Shown here: positions 1-9,903 of the stretch, piece by piece
Position numbering within the stretch: position 1 is the stretch's first letter
How the letters are laid out: each line of letters opens with the position of its first letter
Virus record (IMG/VR): IMGVR_UViG_3300035530_000023
Span: 7,951-71,950 of that record
Source: a virus
Lineage: Duplodnaviria; Caudoviricetes
Length of the DNA stretch: 64,000 bases
Reading direction: 5' to 3' (one strand)
Program-made: the position numbers and the translations under genes
Notes under the pieces: generated by a model
The model's database searches: none
Told to the model about the DNA's origin: nothing
The model's input: the letters and a program-made list of their open reading frames with translations, nothing else

Positions 1-1
1 A

Positions 2-1993
2 ACAACTAAAGTTTCTACTACCGATACCCCAATAGAACATGTTGAATTTCATAAACAATTAGAAGATCTGACTACTGAGTATATTGAACAATTAGAGGAT
101 ATCACTCCTGCACAAAAAACTAGGTGTAAAAAGTTAGCAGAAAAACATAAAGATATAATCATTGGAAATCGAAAAATTGACGATATCATCAATACACCTA
201 ATCCAGATATCAATTCTGTATCGTTGGATTTTATAAAAGATGATATGGCAGATCCTTCTATGACTAAATCGTCTATTATCAATTTAGACAATATGTATAT
301 GGAAACTATGTTTGAGAAAGATCTAGCTCTCACTTTAACATCATTTTCTTCAGTGGGATTATTTTTAGTCGATTACAAAGAAACGGAACAAGTGGATGAA
401 TTATCCAAAATTAAACACTGTACAGCTTCATATGAAGATGCTAGTGGGAAACGACATACAATCAAATTTAAGTTTCCTATAGTAGATAAAAATGGAATTA
501 TGATTGTTAATGGTACAAAAAGTAGGATGAAAAAACAACAAATCAATATTCCAATTTGTAAGATTAGTCCAACTCGTGTATCGTTAGTATCCAATTTCAA
601 TAAATCATTAGTAGAAAGAAATGTAGCTAAAGCTCACGATTATTACAACTTTGTTCATAACTACATAACTAATAAAGCTAATAAAGATAAGAAGATTGTA
701 CATATTGAATATAATAAAAGTAAATATGGATCTACTAAATTACCTTACGAATATACTTCACTAGGTAAACATTACGGATCTATTACTTTCAATAAATATA
801 TCCTATCATTCGATTATGAAAATCGATATAATATTAATACTTATATCAATAAACATATTAATGAAATTAAAACTATAGAAGATCAATATGGTATTTTATT
901 TGGCACTACTGATGTCAATAATAAATTGGTATTTATTGATAATACTAACGTAGTTAGAATAGTCGATATTTTAGCTAAAGAGATTGTTCATGAAACTACA
1001 ATTATAGATTTAATATTTGAAGTTACCGACAATCCTGTACCAGTAGTAACGGAATGGGTAAATCTTAAAATTCTAGACAAAAATATCCCTATTATCTTCG
1101 TGTTAGCGTACCGATACGGATTAACTAACATTTTAAAATATATAGGTATTGATTATCAAATTGTCGACAAGGGTGTTAGAATTGACAAATCGACTAGTGA
1201 TATTTTAATCCGGTTTAATGATAAAACTTTAGTATTTAATAGATACCCTCTTAATAAGAGTCTCATATTGAGTGGATTATTAAATTTTCAAACTAAAGAT
1301 CTAGATTATGAATATTTTGATATTAAAGATGCGTATTATGAATTACTTGTATCAAAAGGTATGAGTACAAACTATATCAAAGGTATAGATGATTATTTCG
1401 ATCTATTTATTGATCCTATTACCTATGATGTATTAAAGAGTATGGGAGAACCTACCAATACTAAAGACTTACTCATTAGAGCTACTAATATGTTAACTAC
1501 CGAAGATTATATAGATCCTGCATCTATGAAGAATCATAGATTGCGATCATATGAACGATTTAACTCTATCTTGTATAATGAAATGGCAAGACAATATGCT
1601 TCGGTGCGAAGTAAGAAAGTTAAAGATAGTAAATTTTCTATCAATCCAGAAGCTACATTTCAAAGGATTATCCAAGATCAGGCGGTTACTTTAGTTAGTG
1701 AGATTAATCCTATTCAAGATATTAAAGATACTACTTCATTTACTTATACCGGTATGGGTGGTCGAACTGCAGAATCTTTTGTAGTTGAAGATAGAAAATA
1801 TCCCGACGATGGTGTAGGTATTATATCAGAATCTACTCCCGATGGTGGGAAAGTATCTATTGTAGCATATACTACTATGGATCCTTCACTTAACGATATT
1901 CGAGGGATGTATAATGTAGATAAAGATAAACATACACCCACCGAACTGTTAAGTGTATCTGGATGTCTAATGCCTGGCGTAACTAATGATGAT
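2..1993 (+). CDS. Virion RNA polymerase beta subunit (RpoB-like, phiKZ gp178-like), exon 1, 5'-truncated by the window edge
   Basis: Frame is open from base 2 (TTKVSTTDTP...) into the 224..1996 ORF. Motifs IPICKISPTRVSL and DRKYPDDGVGIISESTPDGGKV resemble the RpoB DVHxSHYGRxCPIETPEG region. It ends MPGVTNDD, matching RpoB IPFLEHDD, followed at once by TAA, which is read as the intron start. Confidence 0.88.
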
Positions 1994-2029
1994 TAACAAT
2001 TGTATTAACATCTCTCTTTGTTTTTAAGT

Positions 2030-2039
2030 ATATATTATC
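2030..2039 (+). promoter_or_regulatory. Early-type promoter motif upstream of the intron HNH gene
   Basis: ATATATTATC about 40 nt before the ATG; resembles the phiKZ early consensus TATATTAC and recurs before several genes here. Confidence 0.55.
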
Positions 2040-2079
2040 AAAGTAGGAGGATAATATAATTTAATTAAAGGAGAGTCGT

Positions 2080-3126
2080 ATGAAAAACCAAATAAACCAT
2101 CAGCCTAAGAAGTATTGTGAGAATTCCAACTTCTACGAAATCCCCGGCTTTAGTAAATATGTAGTAAGTTGTAACGGACAAGTAATCAATAAACGAACAC
2201 AACGAATCTGTAAACCTACTCGTAATTATCGTGGATATGCTAATATGTGTATGGTTAAAGATGGTGAGAAGACTTTTTCTAATGTTCCTCGTCATCGTGT
2301 AGTTGCACTAGCATTGATTCCGACAGCTATTGATCCAGATGATCTTTGTGTTAATCACAGAAATAATACACCTGGAGACGATTTTGCTGATCCTGAGCAT
2401 TTGGATGATTGGAGTAAAACTAACCTTGAATGGTGTACGCAACAAGAGAATGTTATACATTCATTTGCTCATGGTAATCGTGACAATAAACCGATCTATG
2501 TATCAGTTAGAGACGTTGATACTGGTGAAGTTATTGTATATCCATCTGCTGGAGAATGTGCTAGAAGCTTAAATCTTACTATCGATAATATATTTTATCG
2601 ATGTCGTAAAGATCCTGAACGAGTCTTTCCTGAACGAAAACAGTATCGTGAAGGAATATCAGATCTCCCATGGAGAATCCCTACAAATGTTGAAGAAGAA
2701 ATTGTAGCATATGGACATATACGACATACACTAATCCGTGATGCTATATCTGGTAAAGTAGAAGAATTTAAAACTTCTACGGAAGCTGCACGAGCTTTAA
2801 AGATTAGTCGATCTACTATGTGTAGTTATTTAAAACTACCAGGCCAGCCAGTATTGCCTAAGTATGTACAGGTCAAATATGCTGATGATGGATTGTCATG
2901 GAGAGAAGTCGAAGATCCATATCTAGATTACAATTTACATTCTAGCCATAAGGTAATTCAAGTCGTTGATACCATAAATGATGAAGTTTCATATTATCCA
3001 TCACTTATTAGTTGCGCTCGAGCTGTCGGGGTTAAGAAATCAGCTTTACGATGGAGATTAGATACAAAAGGTCAGCATGTTTACAAAGATGGTTGTAAAT
3101 ATGGCTATTACCCATACGAGTATTAA
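2080..3126 (+). CDS. Intron-encoded HNH homing endonuclease (NUMOD4-like N-terminus, HNH motif, C-terminal helix-turn-helix repeats)
   Basis: HRVVALALIP...VNHRNN...NLEWCTQQENVIH; three repeats SAGECARSLN, STEAARALKI and SLISCARAVG; GGAG RBS upstream. Confidence 0.9.
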   Translation: MKNQINHQPKKYCENSNFYEIPGFSKYVVSCNGQVINKRTQRICKPTRNYRGYANMCMVKDGEKTFSNVPRHRVVALALIPTAIDPDDLCVNHRNNTPGDDFADPEHLDDWSKTNLEWCTQQENVIHSFAHGNRDNKPIYVSVRDVDTGEVIVYPSAGECARSLNLTIDNIFYRCRKDPERVFPERKQYREGISDLPWRIPTNVEEEIVAYGHIRHTLIRDAISGKVEEFKTSTEAARALKISRSTMCSYLKLPGQPVLPKYVQVKYADDGLSWREVEDPYLDYNLHSSHKVIQVVDTINDEVSYYPSLISCARAVGVKKSALRWRLDTKGQHVYKDGCKYGYYPYEY

Positions 3127-3504
3127 AGATGTTAGTACAATCATGGTCCCACTAGATAGAAATGTCTGGATGGAATTCTCTCTAATTGCTGGAACTCCCT
3201 AAAGCTGTCTCACCAAAACGGAGTGTGAAAACATATACGGTACGGTTTAAAAACGAGACGGATACGTGGGTAACCGTGGATACTAAGTATCCCTTTAGCA
3301 GCGAAGCCTCTAAGTCTTACATAGATATGAGGAACGTTCAACGATCAAGACTTTATCAGTCTGTACCTATTAAGTGATAGGGAAACGGGAGACACCTTAA
3401 CTCAGTATGAGAAAGGTGAAGATATGATCTCGACATCTAGGGAAAGCCTAGAGTTGCAAGTAATGTTGCAAGCTCGAATGTAACGAATTCGAGTGAAGAT
3501 ATCG
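3127..3504 (+). ncRNA. Group I intron ribozyme core
   Basis: P-like AATTGCTGGAAC (3184-3195); R-like GTTCAACGATCA (3336-3347) and S-like AAGATATGATCT (3419-3430), whose GATCA/TGATC form P7; P8 CACCTT/AAGGTG; P9 CTAGG-GAAA-GCCTAG; P2-like GAAA hairpin near 3149-3173; candidate internal guide TGGTC (3144-3148) giving a U.G pair at the 5' splice site. Confidence 0.85.
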
Positions 3505-4650
3505 CCTAAGCGCTCAGTATTTGCATCAAATCAGTTATCACATCACGTACCGTGTGAAAATAGTGAAGTTGGTAGAATCTGTACAGGATATGAAAAAATT
3601 ATTGGTTATCATACATCTGATAAATTTGTCCATGATGCTAAAGAAGATGGGACTATTGTCGAAGTCAAGGATGGTATAGCTAAAATAAAGTATAAATCAG
3701 GAAAGATAGAAGTTATTGAATTCGGAAAAATTCAAGCTATTGTAGATAGTTCTTATATTAATCAAAATGTAGCATTGAATTGTAAGTTAGGAGATAAAGT
3801 AAAGAGGGGTGATATCTTAGCTTATAATACCGGGTTCTTTTCTCCCAATCAAGATAATCCAAAATATGTAGATTGGAAGCATGGAGTCTATACTAATATA
3901 GCTCTTATGGAAACTGACGATACTATGGAAGATAGTAGTACTATATCTAAACGGTTGGGGAAACAATTGACTTCTACCCCATCATATTTAAGAACTATAT
4001 CTATTACTAACGAAACTGTATTACATGAAATAGTTAATCTAAATGATTATGTTGAAGTGACTGATTATTTATGTACTTTTGAAGATCAAGATATCGCCGA
4101 TTTGAGTATTATGAATAGTGGCGATGAAGAAAGTAAACAAATGATTGGAGATTTCAATAAGAAAACTCCTCGAGCTAAACATGCTGGATATATTGTTCAT
4201 ATGGATGTATTGTATTCGTGTGATATATCAACTATGACTCCTTCATTAGCTAAATTTGTTAATAAGATCGTTGCTAAGAAAAATAAGAAAAGTAATTTTG
4301 CTAAAGATGCTGAAAATGGGATAGATTATCCTAAATCTAATAAAGTTGCTATAGGTACTAAATTTAAAAATATTGAATTTGGTGCAGATACTGTAGTTAT
4401 TATGATTTACATATCCAAAGATATGCCTTGTGGAGTTGGAGATAAGATTGTATTTGATAGTAGTCTCAAAAGTGTTATTGGTAAAGTTATGCCCAAACCT
4501 ATCATATCAGATAACGGTATTGAGATTGATGCGTTATTTGGAAGTATGTCTATCTCTAATCGTATTGTACTATCTCCATTACGACAAGGTCTTATTGAAA
4601 GGATTTTTGAAAAAGTAGAAACTGATATAGTAGATATGTACTTTAAGTAA
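3505..4650 (+). CDS. Virion RNA polymerase beta subunit, exon 2
   Basis: PKRSVFASNQ...; barrel-hybrid region (VKRGDILAYN); DTMEDS; GVGDKIVFDSSLKSVIGKV matches RpoB GDKxxxRHGNKGVI. The listed GTG start at 3493 is probably an artefact of the intron. Confidence 0.88.
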   Translation, partial: PKRSVFASNQLSHHVPCENSEVGRICTGYEKIIGYHTSDKFVHDAKEDGTIVEVKDGIAKIKYKSGKIEVIEFGKIQAIVDSSYINQNVALNCKLGDKVKRGDILAYNTGFFSPNQDNPKYVDWKHGVYTNIALMETDDTMEDSSTISKRLGKQLTSTPSYLRTISITNETVLHEIVNLNDYVEVTDYLCTFEDQDIADLSIMNSGDEESKQMIGDFNKKTPRAKHAGYIVHMDVLYSCDISTMTPSLAKFVNKIVAKKNKKSNFAKDAENGIDYPKSNKVAIGTKFKNIEFGADTVVIMIYISKDMPCGVGDKIVFDSSLKSVIGKVMPKPIISDNGIEIDALFGSMSISNRIVLSPLRQGLIERIFEKVETDIVDMYFK

Positions 4651-4655
4651 TATAC

Positions 4656-4691
4656 ATAAGAGGATAGAGGGTATGCCCTCTATCCTCTTAT
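4656..4691. terminator. Intergenic hairpin
   Basis: 16-bp perfect stem, loop TATG, just after the RNAP beta stop. Confidence 0.75.
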
Positions 4692-4753
4692 AAATTTATA
4701 TGAAATACTAATATGTTATAAATCAATTTATAAATCTTTAGGAGAATAACGTA

Positions 4754-5569
4754 ATGGTGTCTACAACTAAATCTCTCGAAACGATTGAAGCTGAAGATCT
4801 TAATGAATTTTTAAAAGTATTTAAAAAACGTTATGTCAATGAGAACAATATATTTATAGATTATATAGTTACCAACAAAGATACTTATACTAATGACAAC
4901 TCTGCAATTTCAGATACTATTATCGTATGTTATATTCGTAATATCGAATTAGAAATACCAATCATTAAAGAAATGACATTTACTCAACATAGAGTAATTT
5001 CTAATGATGGTTGTATTATTCCAAATTATTTCATTCGTACAAATATAAACAATTATATTAATGGAAAACTTAATATAGTTGAAGTTTCTGAAGCTGATAG
5101 AGAAATATCGAAATGTTTTCCGATGATGATACAAAGTCTTTTAAATGAATTTACTAGTTATCTGATTACAAAAAATATACATCCTTCTGAAGCGTATAGT
5201 ACTATAACGTCGTCTCCAGTCACCAATACTTGTATGTATCTATCTCCAGATATTGATAAGAAAGATATCACGATTTGTTGGGGAAGTGTAAACCTTGTAG
5301 TAATCCACGACAAATATCAATTTACTTACTCGTGCAGAATACCTTACATTAAAGAACTTAAAGAGTATAAAAAGACTATAGTGAAATTGTGTGAAGTGAT
5401 GCAGAATATTGAAAAATATATAAGTATACGAGCTCTATTAGAAAAAGTATATTGTCATCGTAACAATCCAGAATATTGGCATACGTTTGTTGATGTATAT
5501 CCTGTACATGATAATAACCATAAAGAAATTGGACAATTTAGTATCAGAATAAATGTAGCGGATAATTAA
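4754..5569 (+). CDS. Hypothetical protein
   Basis: 271-aa ORF with GGAG RBS; no motif recognised. Confidence 0.7.
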   Translation: MVSTTKSLETIEAEDLNEFLKVFKKRYVNENNIFIDYIVTNKDTYTNDNSAISDTIIVCYIRNIELEIPIIKEMTFTQHRVISNDGCIIPNYFIRTNINNYINGKLNIVEVSEADREISKCFPMMIQSLLNEFTSYLITKNIHPSEAYSTITSSPVTNTCMYLSPDIDKKDITICWGSVNLVVIHDKYQFTYSCRIPYIKELKEYKKTIVKLCEVMQNIEKYISIRALLEKVYCHRNNPEYWHTFVDVYPVHDNNHKEIGQFSIRINVADN

Positions 5570-5723
5570 AAATTATATACTATTATTATATAAGGGGCAT
5601 TGGCCGAAAATTTAAACATCCTCGACATCAATTTTGTTTAGATTTTTGTCAAATGATACGCTAATAAAAAATAAAAACCTCCATGCCGATAGCGTTCTCC
5701 CAATCCCCCGTATCTTTGTGCCC

Positions 5724-5753
5724 GGAGAGAGGTCCTATGTAGGACCTCTCTCC
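5724..5753. terminator. Intergenic hairpin
   Basis: 13-bp perfect stem, loop ATGT. Confidence 0.7.
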
Positions 5754-5838
5754 AAATATATCTGGTATCTTTATAAATTGTTTTATAATGTTATAATACT
5801 TATTATTGTTAAAATATAAAATATGGAGATAATTTATT

Positions 5839-6933
5839 ATGTATATTCTTGATCCATTTCCTAATGATAGTAATGAATTGTGTGATATAGATTATTCGAC
5901 ATATATACAAGAAGAATTGGAATTAAATGAAGCTATAGAAGATTTAAATATACATATGTCTGATATCTCTAATTATACAGAACTTATAACAAAACGATAT
6001 ATGGTATTGGAACGTGCTGCTACTGAAGGAATAAATAGATCCATCATTGACTACTTAGACGATGATGAATTAATCGCACAAGTACCAGCATTCCAGAACC
6101 TAGGTAGAGATTATACTGTTATCAATATACCTGGGGAAGAAAGACTTAATATAGTTAGAGATTGGGTAAAAACTATTATTCGTAAAATTTCAGAAACTGC
6201 AGTTAAGATTAATACCGTAATTGTCAAACTTAATAACCTGACAAGTAAATTGAAATATATCATTAAAACTATGAGTTCAAAGATACGAAATATGAAAGTA
6301 AGTTCTTCTAAAATTAAAGAAGTACAAATGACTAATTTTACATCTAAAGGGTTTGATATGTACGATAAGGCTGTAAATGATATTAAAAAATTAATAAATA
6401 AATCCAATTTAGATCCTAAAGCTATCATTAAAGAATTGCGATCCCAATTGGATATTAAAGAGTTGGATAAAAGTAAATTTAGAAATTTACTTAATGACAA
6501 GTTAGCCAAATATACTAAAGAGTTAAATCTCTTAGGATTCCAACTCAATTCTTCAACTCAAAATATAGAAAATGTAATTCCCGCTTATAAAAAAGCTATT
6601 GTTAAAGATAGTTTAGATAAATTAGGATGGGACAAAACAAATAGTGTCAAATCGTTAGATTCAACGTATTCACAATTAGATAACATTAAAGAACCTTTAG
6701 AATTGGGTGATGCTTGTAAAGATGCTATGCATAAATTAACTTCAATATTAGATGAAGTTATTAAGAACAAGCAGGAAACTGATACTTGGGTCAAACAAAT
6801 AACCTACGAAGGACAAACAACTCTGACTAATATGAACAAGATCATTTTTTCATATGTAGCCAAAATTAAATTGCAATCTAGTATGGCAATCCTTTTAGGT
6901 CGAACTATGTTACAATGTAAACTTGGAGCATAA
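5839..6933 (+). CDS. Putative virion head protein
   Basis: 364 aa, acidic N-terminal segment with AATE (S/A/G-x-E protease-site-like), helical; lies beside the head/baseplate cluster. Confidence 0.5.
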   Translation: MYILDPFPNDSNELCDIDYSTYIQEELELNEAIEDLNIHMSDISNYTELITKRYMVLERAATEGINRSIIDYLDDDELIAQVPAFQNLGRDYTVINIPGEERLNIVRDWVKTIIRKISETAVKINTVIVKLNNLTSKLKYIIKTMSSKIRNMKVSSSKIKEVQMTNFTSKGFDMYDKAVNDIKKLINKSNLDPKAIIKELRSQLDIKELDKSKFRNLLNDKLAKYTKELNLLGFQLNSSTQNIENVIPAYKKAIVKDSLDKLGWDKTNSVKSLDSTYSQLDNIKEPLELGDACKDAMHKLTSILDEVIKNKQETDTWVKQITYEGQTTLTNMNKIIFSYVAKIKLQSSMAILLGRTMLQCKLGA

Positions 6934-6941
6934 CATACTGA

Positions 6942-6981
6942 AGATACTACCTACTCCCTCCATAGGGAGTAGGTAGTATCT
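6942..6981. terminator. Hairpin between convergent genes
   Basis: 18-bp perfect stem, loop CCAT. Confidence 0.8.
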
Positions 6982-6985
6982 ATAT

Positions 6986-9871
6986 CTATTCAGATTGTAT
7001 AAATGATATAGTTATAGCTTTCTTCAGTGACAGAGAATTGCTGTCATATTCTAAAACTCTCCTAATTGACGGTCTAACACTCTTATCGGCGACAATAAGT
7101 GTCTGAAGATTAATATCATCATTTATTCCACCAATATCTATAGTATCTACATAACCTGACAAATCAGCCATAATTAACTCACTAATCTTAGTCATAGAAA
7201 TAATTTTTTCAGCTAATATTTTTTCTATATTAGATTCTGTTACTTGAGTAATTAAATTAAGAATTTGTGGATCAGTATATACATACGCAGGTACATAAAA
7301 CTTAATATCAAAACTTAGATCAAGTGGCATGGTTACTATCCTACCATTGCCCATATTAAACTTACCAACTCCTAGAGTTTGATATGGCTTAAAATACAGA
7401 TCTGTACGTTCTAATAATTGGGTACTGGATGTAGAAATTTCATCTAAATAAGAATTAATTGCTCCAACCAATTCCGATCTATAACTATCAGCATTCTTAG
7501 TATCAGCTTTAAATGGTTTATAGTCGAATTGTATATTGTCGATATAATATTCTATCGTTCGTGTATCGGATACGATTGGATTACCATCTACACTACGCAT
7601 GATATCACCAACATGATGTTTTATCATAGGAAGAGTATTTTCATCATAGACGATATCTCCTGCTGCATGTAAACGATTCAATACTACTTGATCATTTTCA
7701 TCTACATGATAAACTAAAGCTCCACCAACATCGGTCTCATATACATCTTCTGAATATGTATAGTATTCAACATCTTCATAAGTTACATAACTCTGAGATG
7801 TCCAATTGATATCCACATTATTCAGAATAGTATCTGACAAATTACGACCGAAAACACAAGTCATCTTTTGTTTAGATGAACATATACAATCTGAATATTT
7901 ATTTGTTGGAAGATTAGTATACATAGTATCTACTTGTCGCGCAGTTGGAAAATAGTTTTGTCTAACTAATGTAGTTAGATATATGTCAGATTCCAATTCT
8001 ACATAGTGAGTTTGAACTACACCCTGAGTAGTTTCTAAATTAGTAATACTTAACCTATTCTGTTCACTAACGTGATAGTTAGTTTGGATAGAAAGCTTAT
8101 ATATACTTGTACCATTACTGTCGCCAACGTACGTACACCTACCTCCAATATACGTACCCGTCCCCGTTTTGATTTGTACATAAATAACTACATCATCTTC
8201 AGGAATTGCAACAAGATCTTTAGATTTATCTATACCTAACCTTAATTCATATCCGCCAGTAGTATTATCCAAATGTATCAATTTAGCAGCAACTGCTACT
8301 AGTTGTGCACTTAGTGTAGGATTATCTTCAATAAATGTAAGATTGTAAGTATCCGGAGTCATATCAAAACTTTCAGCTCGAGGATATCGTTCGTCTGTAA
8401 TCAATCTTATATGAAAAGGATTCTGCGTATAAGTCTGCTCATTAAGAGCTTCAGCTAGATCTTTTTTAGATTTAGATAATAGTGCCGATTTCTCTGAATC
8501 AGTTAATGGTATACATATATTTCCATTAGAATTATATTTGTATAGGGTTGTTGGTAAAATAGTAATCGATCCATCAATATTCTTATTGATAGTTGATACA
8601 TCTAAAATTCCATTATCTGAAATTTTTACATATGTATTAGTGACCGAGATTAAAGTGTTGTCACTATCTTTAATTGGAACATATCCAAAATATATCCTTT
8701 CTGTTAAGTTATCTTTATATTTTACAATTTCTATATTCTTCTTAGCGAAATGATTTTCTAACTCGATCGGTGTAACTAATACACTTTCGTGTAAAGTATC
8801 GTCAATTATGTATTGTCGCAACTGTTCATAAGTATACCCATTAGATCCACCAATCAGTTTGTTGGTAACTGGTTGTAAAAGTATAGTAGGTATACTATTT
8901 AAAATTTCAGAATATTCTGTAGTATTTTTATTAGTCAATGCAAAATTAGCATTTTTGGCAGAATCTGCAATTTCAGAAATATCAACATCTAGATATCCTT
9001 TAGTTGTATATAACTCAATTTCTAATTTATTACCCATCATTCCATTTGAGAAATATACTTGAGGAATAGATATTTTAACTTCATCAGTCTCTTCTAAAAT
9101 TGACAATTTAGCTGTCGGTTTAAATGGGTCATATATAGTATCTGATAAAGTATATCCAAGCTCAATATGTTCTCCATCTTTTATTGTCCAAATTCTAGAA
9201 GCATAAAATTTATCATGATATCCATACTTTTTCACAAATCCCAAAGCTGGGGTAATATCTTCTAAGATAGTTGATTTGCTAAATTGGTATACTGGAACTG
9301 TAATAGATAAAATAGATAAACTTTTGTATGTATATTCTTTTTTAGTAATAGTATTATCTTTGAGAGAATATAACGGATTAATGGTAGAAGTATCGTAAAT
9401 AACAGTAATACTATCAGTACTTCTGCTTATCTGTATCTCAATAGGATAATATAAACCGAATTGGTATTTACCAATAGTAAATACTGTATCTTTAGGGATA
9501 ATAACTTTGTTATAGTTATTATTAAATTGTTTTGCATGTTTAATGAGATATACCCTATCAAGCATAATCTGTAATGACAAATCTGCAGGTAAACTATACA
9601 CACCAACATAGTCATAATCAGACATATGTTTATAGAGATCTTCTGAGGTTTGAGCTCTCTTAGGATATACTGGAGCTAGAGAATTTTCTACTCGCAAAAT
9701 ACTATCTGCAGTCATAGTAGAAGTAGCTTCAAGTAAGAAGTTAAAAGTATTATTTGGATCAGCGATAATAGCTTCACCATTCAATCGATTTTGGTGTTCT
9801 TCTAATACTTTACTTTGTATTAGATTAGGATTTCGGTATAACATCAACCCCAATTCGTTATTGTCCAACAT
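6986..9871 (-). CDS. Large virion structural protein, probably baseplate wedge (phiKZ gp87-like)
   Basis: 961 aa; N-terminal DPNNTFNFLLEA and PKRAQTSEDLYKHMSD motifs recalled from the phiKZ family; size and synteny fit. Confidence 0.6.
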   Translation of the reverse strand: MLDNNELGLMLYRNPNLIQSKVLEEHQNRLNGEAIIADPNNTFNFLLEATSTMTADSILRVENSLAPVYPKRAQTSEDLYKHMSDYDYVGVYSLPADLSLQIMLDRVYLIKHAKQFNNNYNKVIIPKDTVFTIGKYQFGLYYPIEIQISRSTDSITVIYDTSTINPLYSLKDNTITKKEYTYKSLSILSITVPVYQFSKSTILEDITPALGFVKKYGYHDKFYASRIWTIKDGEHIELGYTLSDTIYDPFKPTAKLSILEETDEVKISIPQVYFSNGMMGNKLEIELYTTKGYLDVDISEIADSAKNANFALTNKNTTEYSEILNSIPTILLQPVTNKLIGGSNGYTYEQLRQYIIDDTLHESVLVTPIELENHFAKKNIEIVKYKDNLTERIYFGYVPIKDSDNTLISVTNTYVKISDNGILDVSTINKNIDGSITILPTTLYKYNSNGNICIPLTDSEKSALLSKSKKDLAEALNEQTYTQNPFHIRLITDERYPRAESFDMTPDTYNLTFIEDNPTLSAQLVAVAAKLIHLDNTTGGYELRLGIDKSKDLVAIPEDDVVIYVQIKTGTGTYIGGRCTYVGDSNGTSIYKLSIQTNYHVSEQNRLSITNLETTQGVVQTHYVELESDIYLTTLVRQNYFPTARQVDTMYTNLPTNKYSDCICSSKQKMTCVFGRNLSDTILNNVDINWTSQSYVTYEDVEYYTYSEDVYETDVGGALVYHVDENDQVVLNRLHAAGDIVYDENTLPMIKHHVGDIMRSVDGNPIVSDTRTIEYYIDNIQFDYKPFKADTKNADSYRSELVGAINSYLDEISTSSTQLLERTDLYFKPYQTLGVGKFNMGNGRIVTMPLDLSFDIKFYVPAYVYTDPQILNLITQVTESNIEKILAEKIISMTKISELIMADLSGYVDTIDIGGINDDINLQTLIVADKSVRPSIRRVLEYDSNSLSLKKAITISFIQSE

Positions 9872-9903
9872 ATATCAAATCTCCTTTTATATCACAAATT
9901 TAC

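Larger units (their letters stand above)
1994..3504 (+). mobile_element. Group I self-splicing intron carrying an HNH homing endonuclease
   Basis: Joining U1993 to C3505 gives ND-DPKRSVFASNQLSHHVP, gapless against RpoB HD-DANRALMGANMQRQAVP. The 5' exon ends in U and the intron ends in G3504. Core elements are visible between 3127 and 3504. Confidence 0.92.

Noticed and set aside
3186-3377. 63-aa ORF
   Set aside because: It lies entirely in the ribozyme core, which is explained by RNA structure, and has no RBS.
3493-4650. Independent RNAP subunit starting at GTG 3493
   Set aside because: No convincing RBS; homology begins exactly at 3505 after the terminal G, so it is better read as exon 2.
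5594-5724. tRNA or tmRNA (starts GGGGC)
   Set aside because: No T-loop GTTCRA, no CCA end, no cloverleaf and too short for tmRNA; kept only as a generic sRNA candidate.
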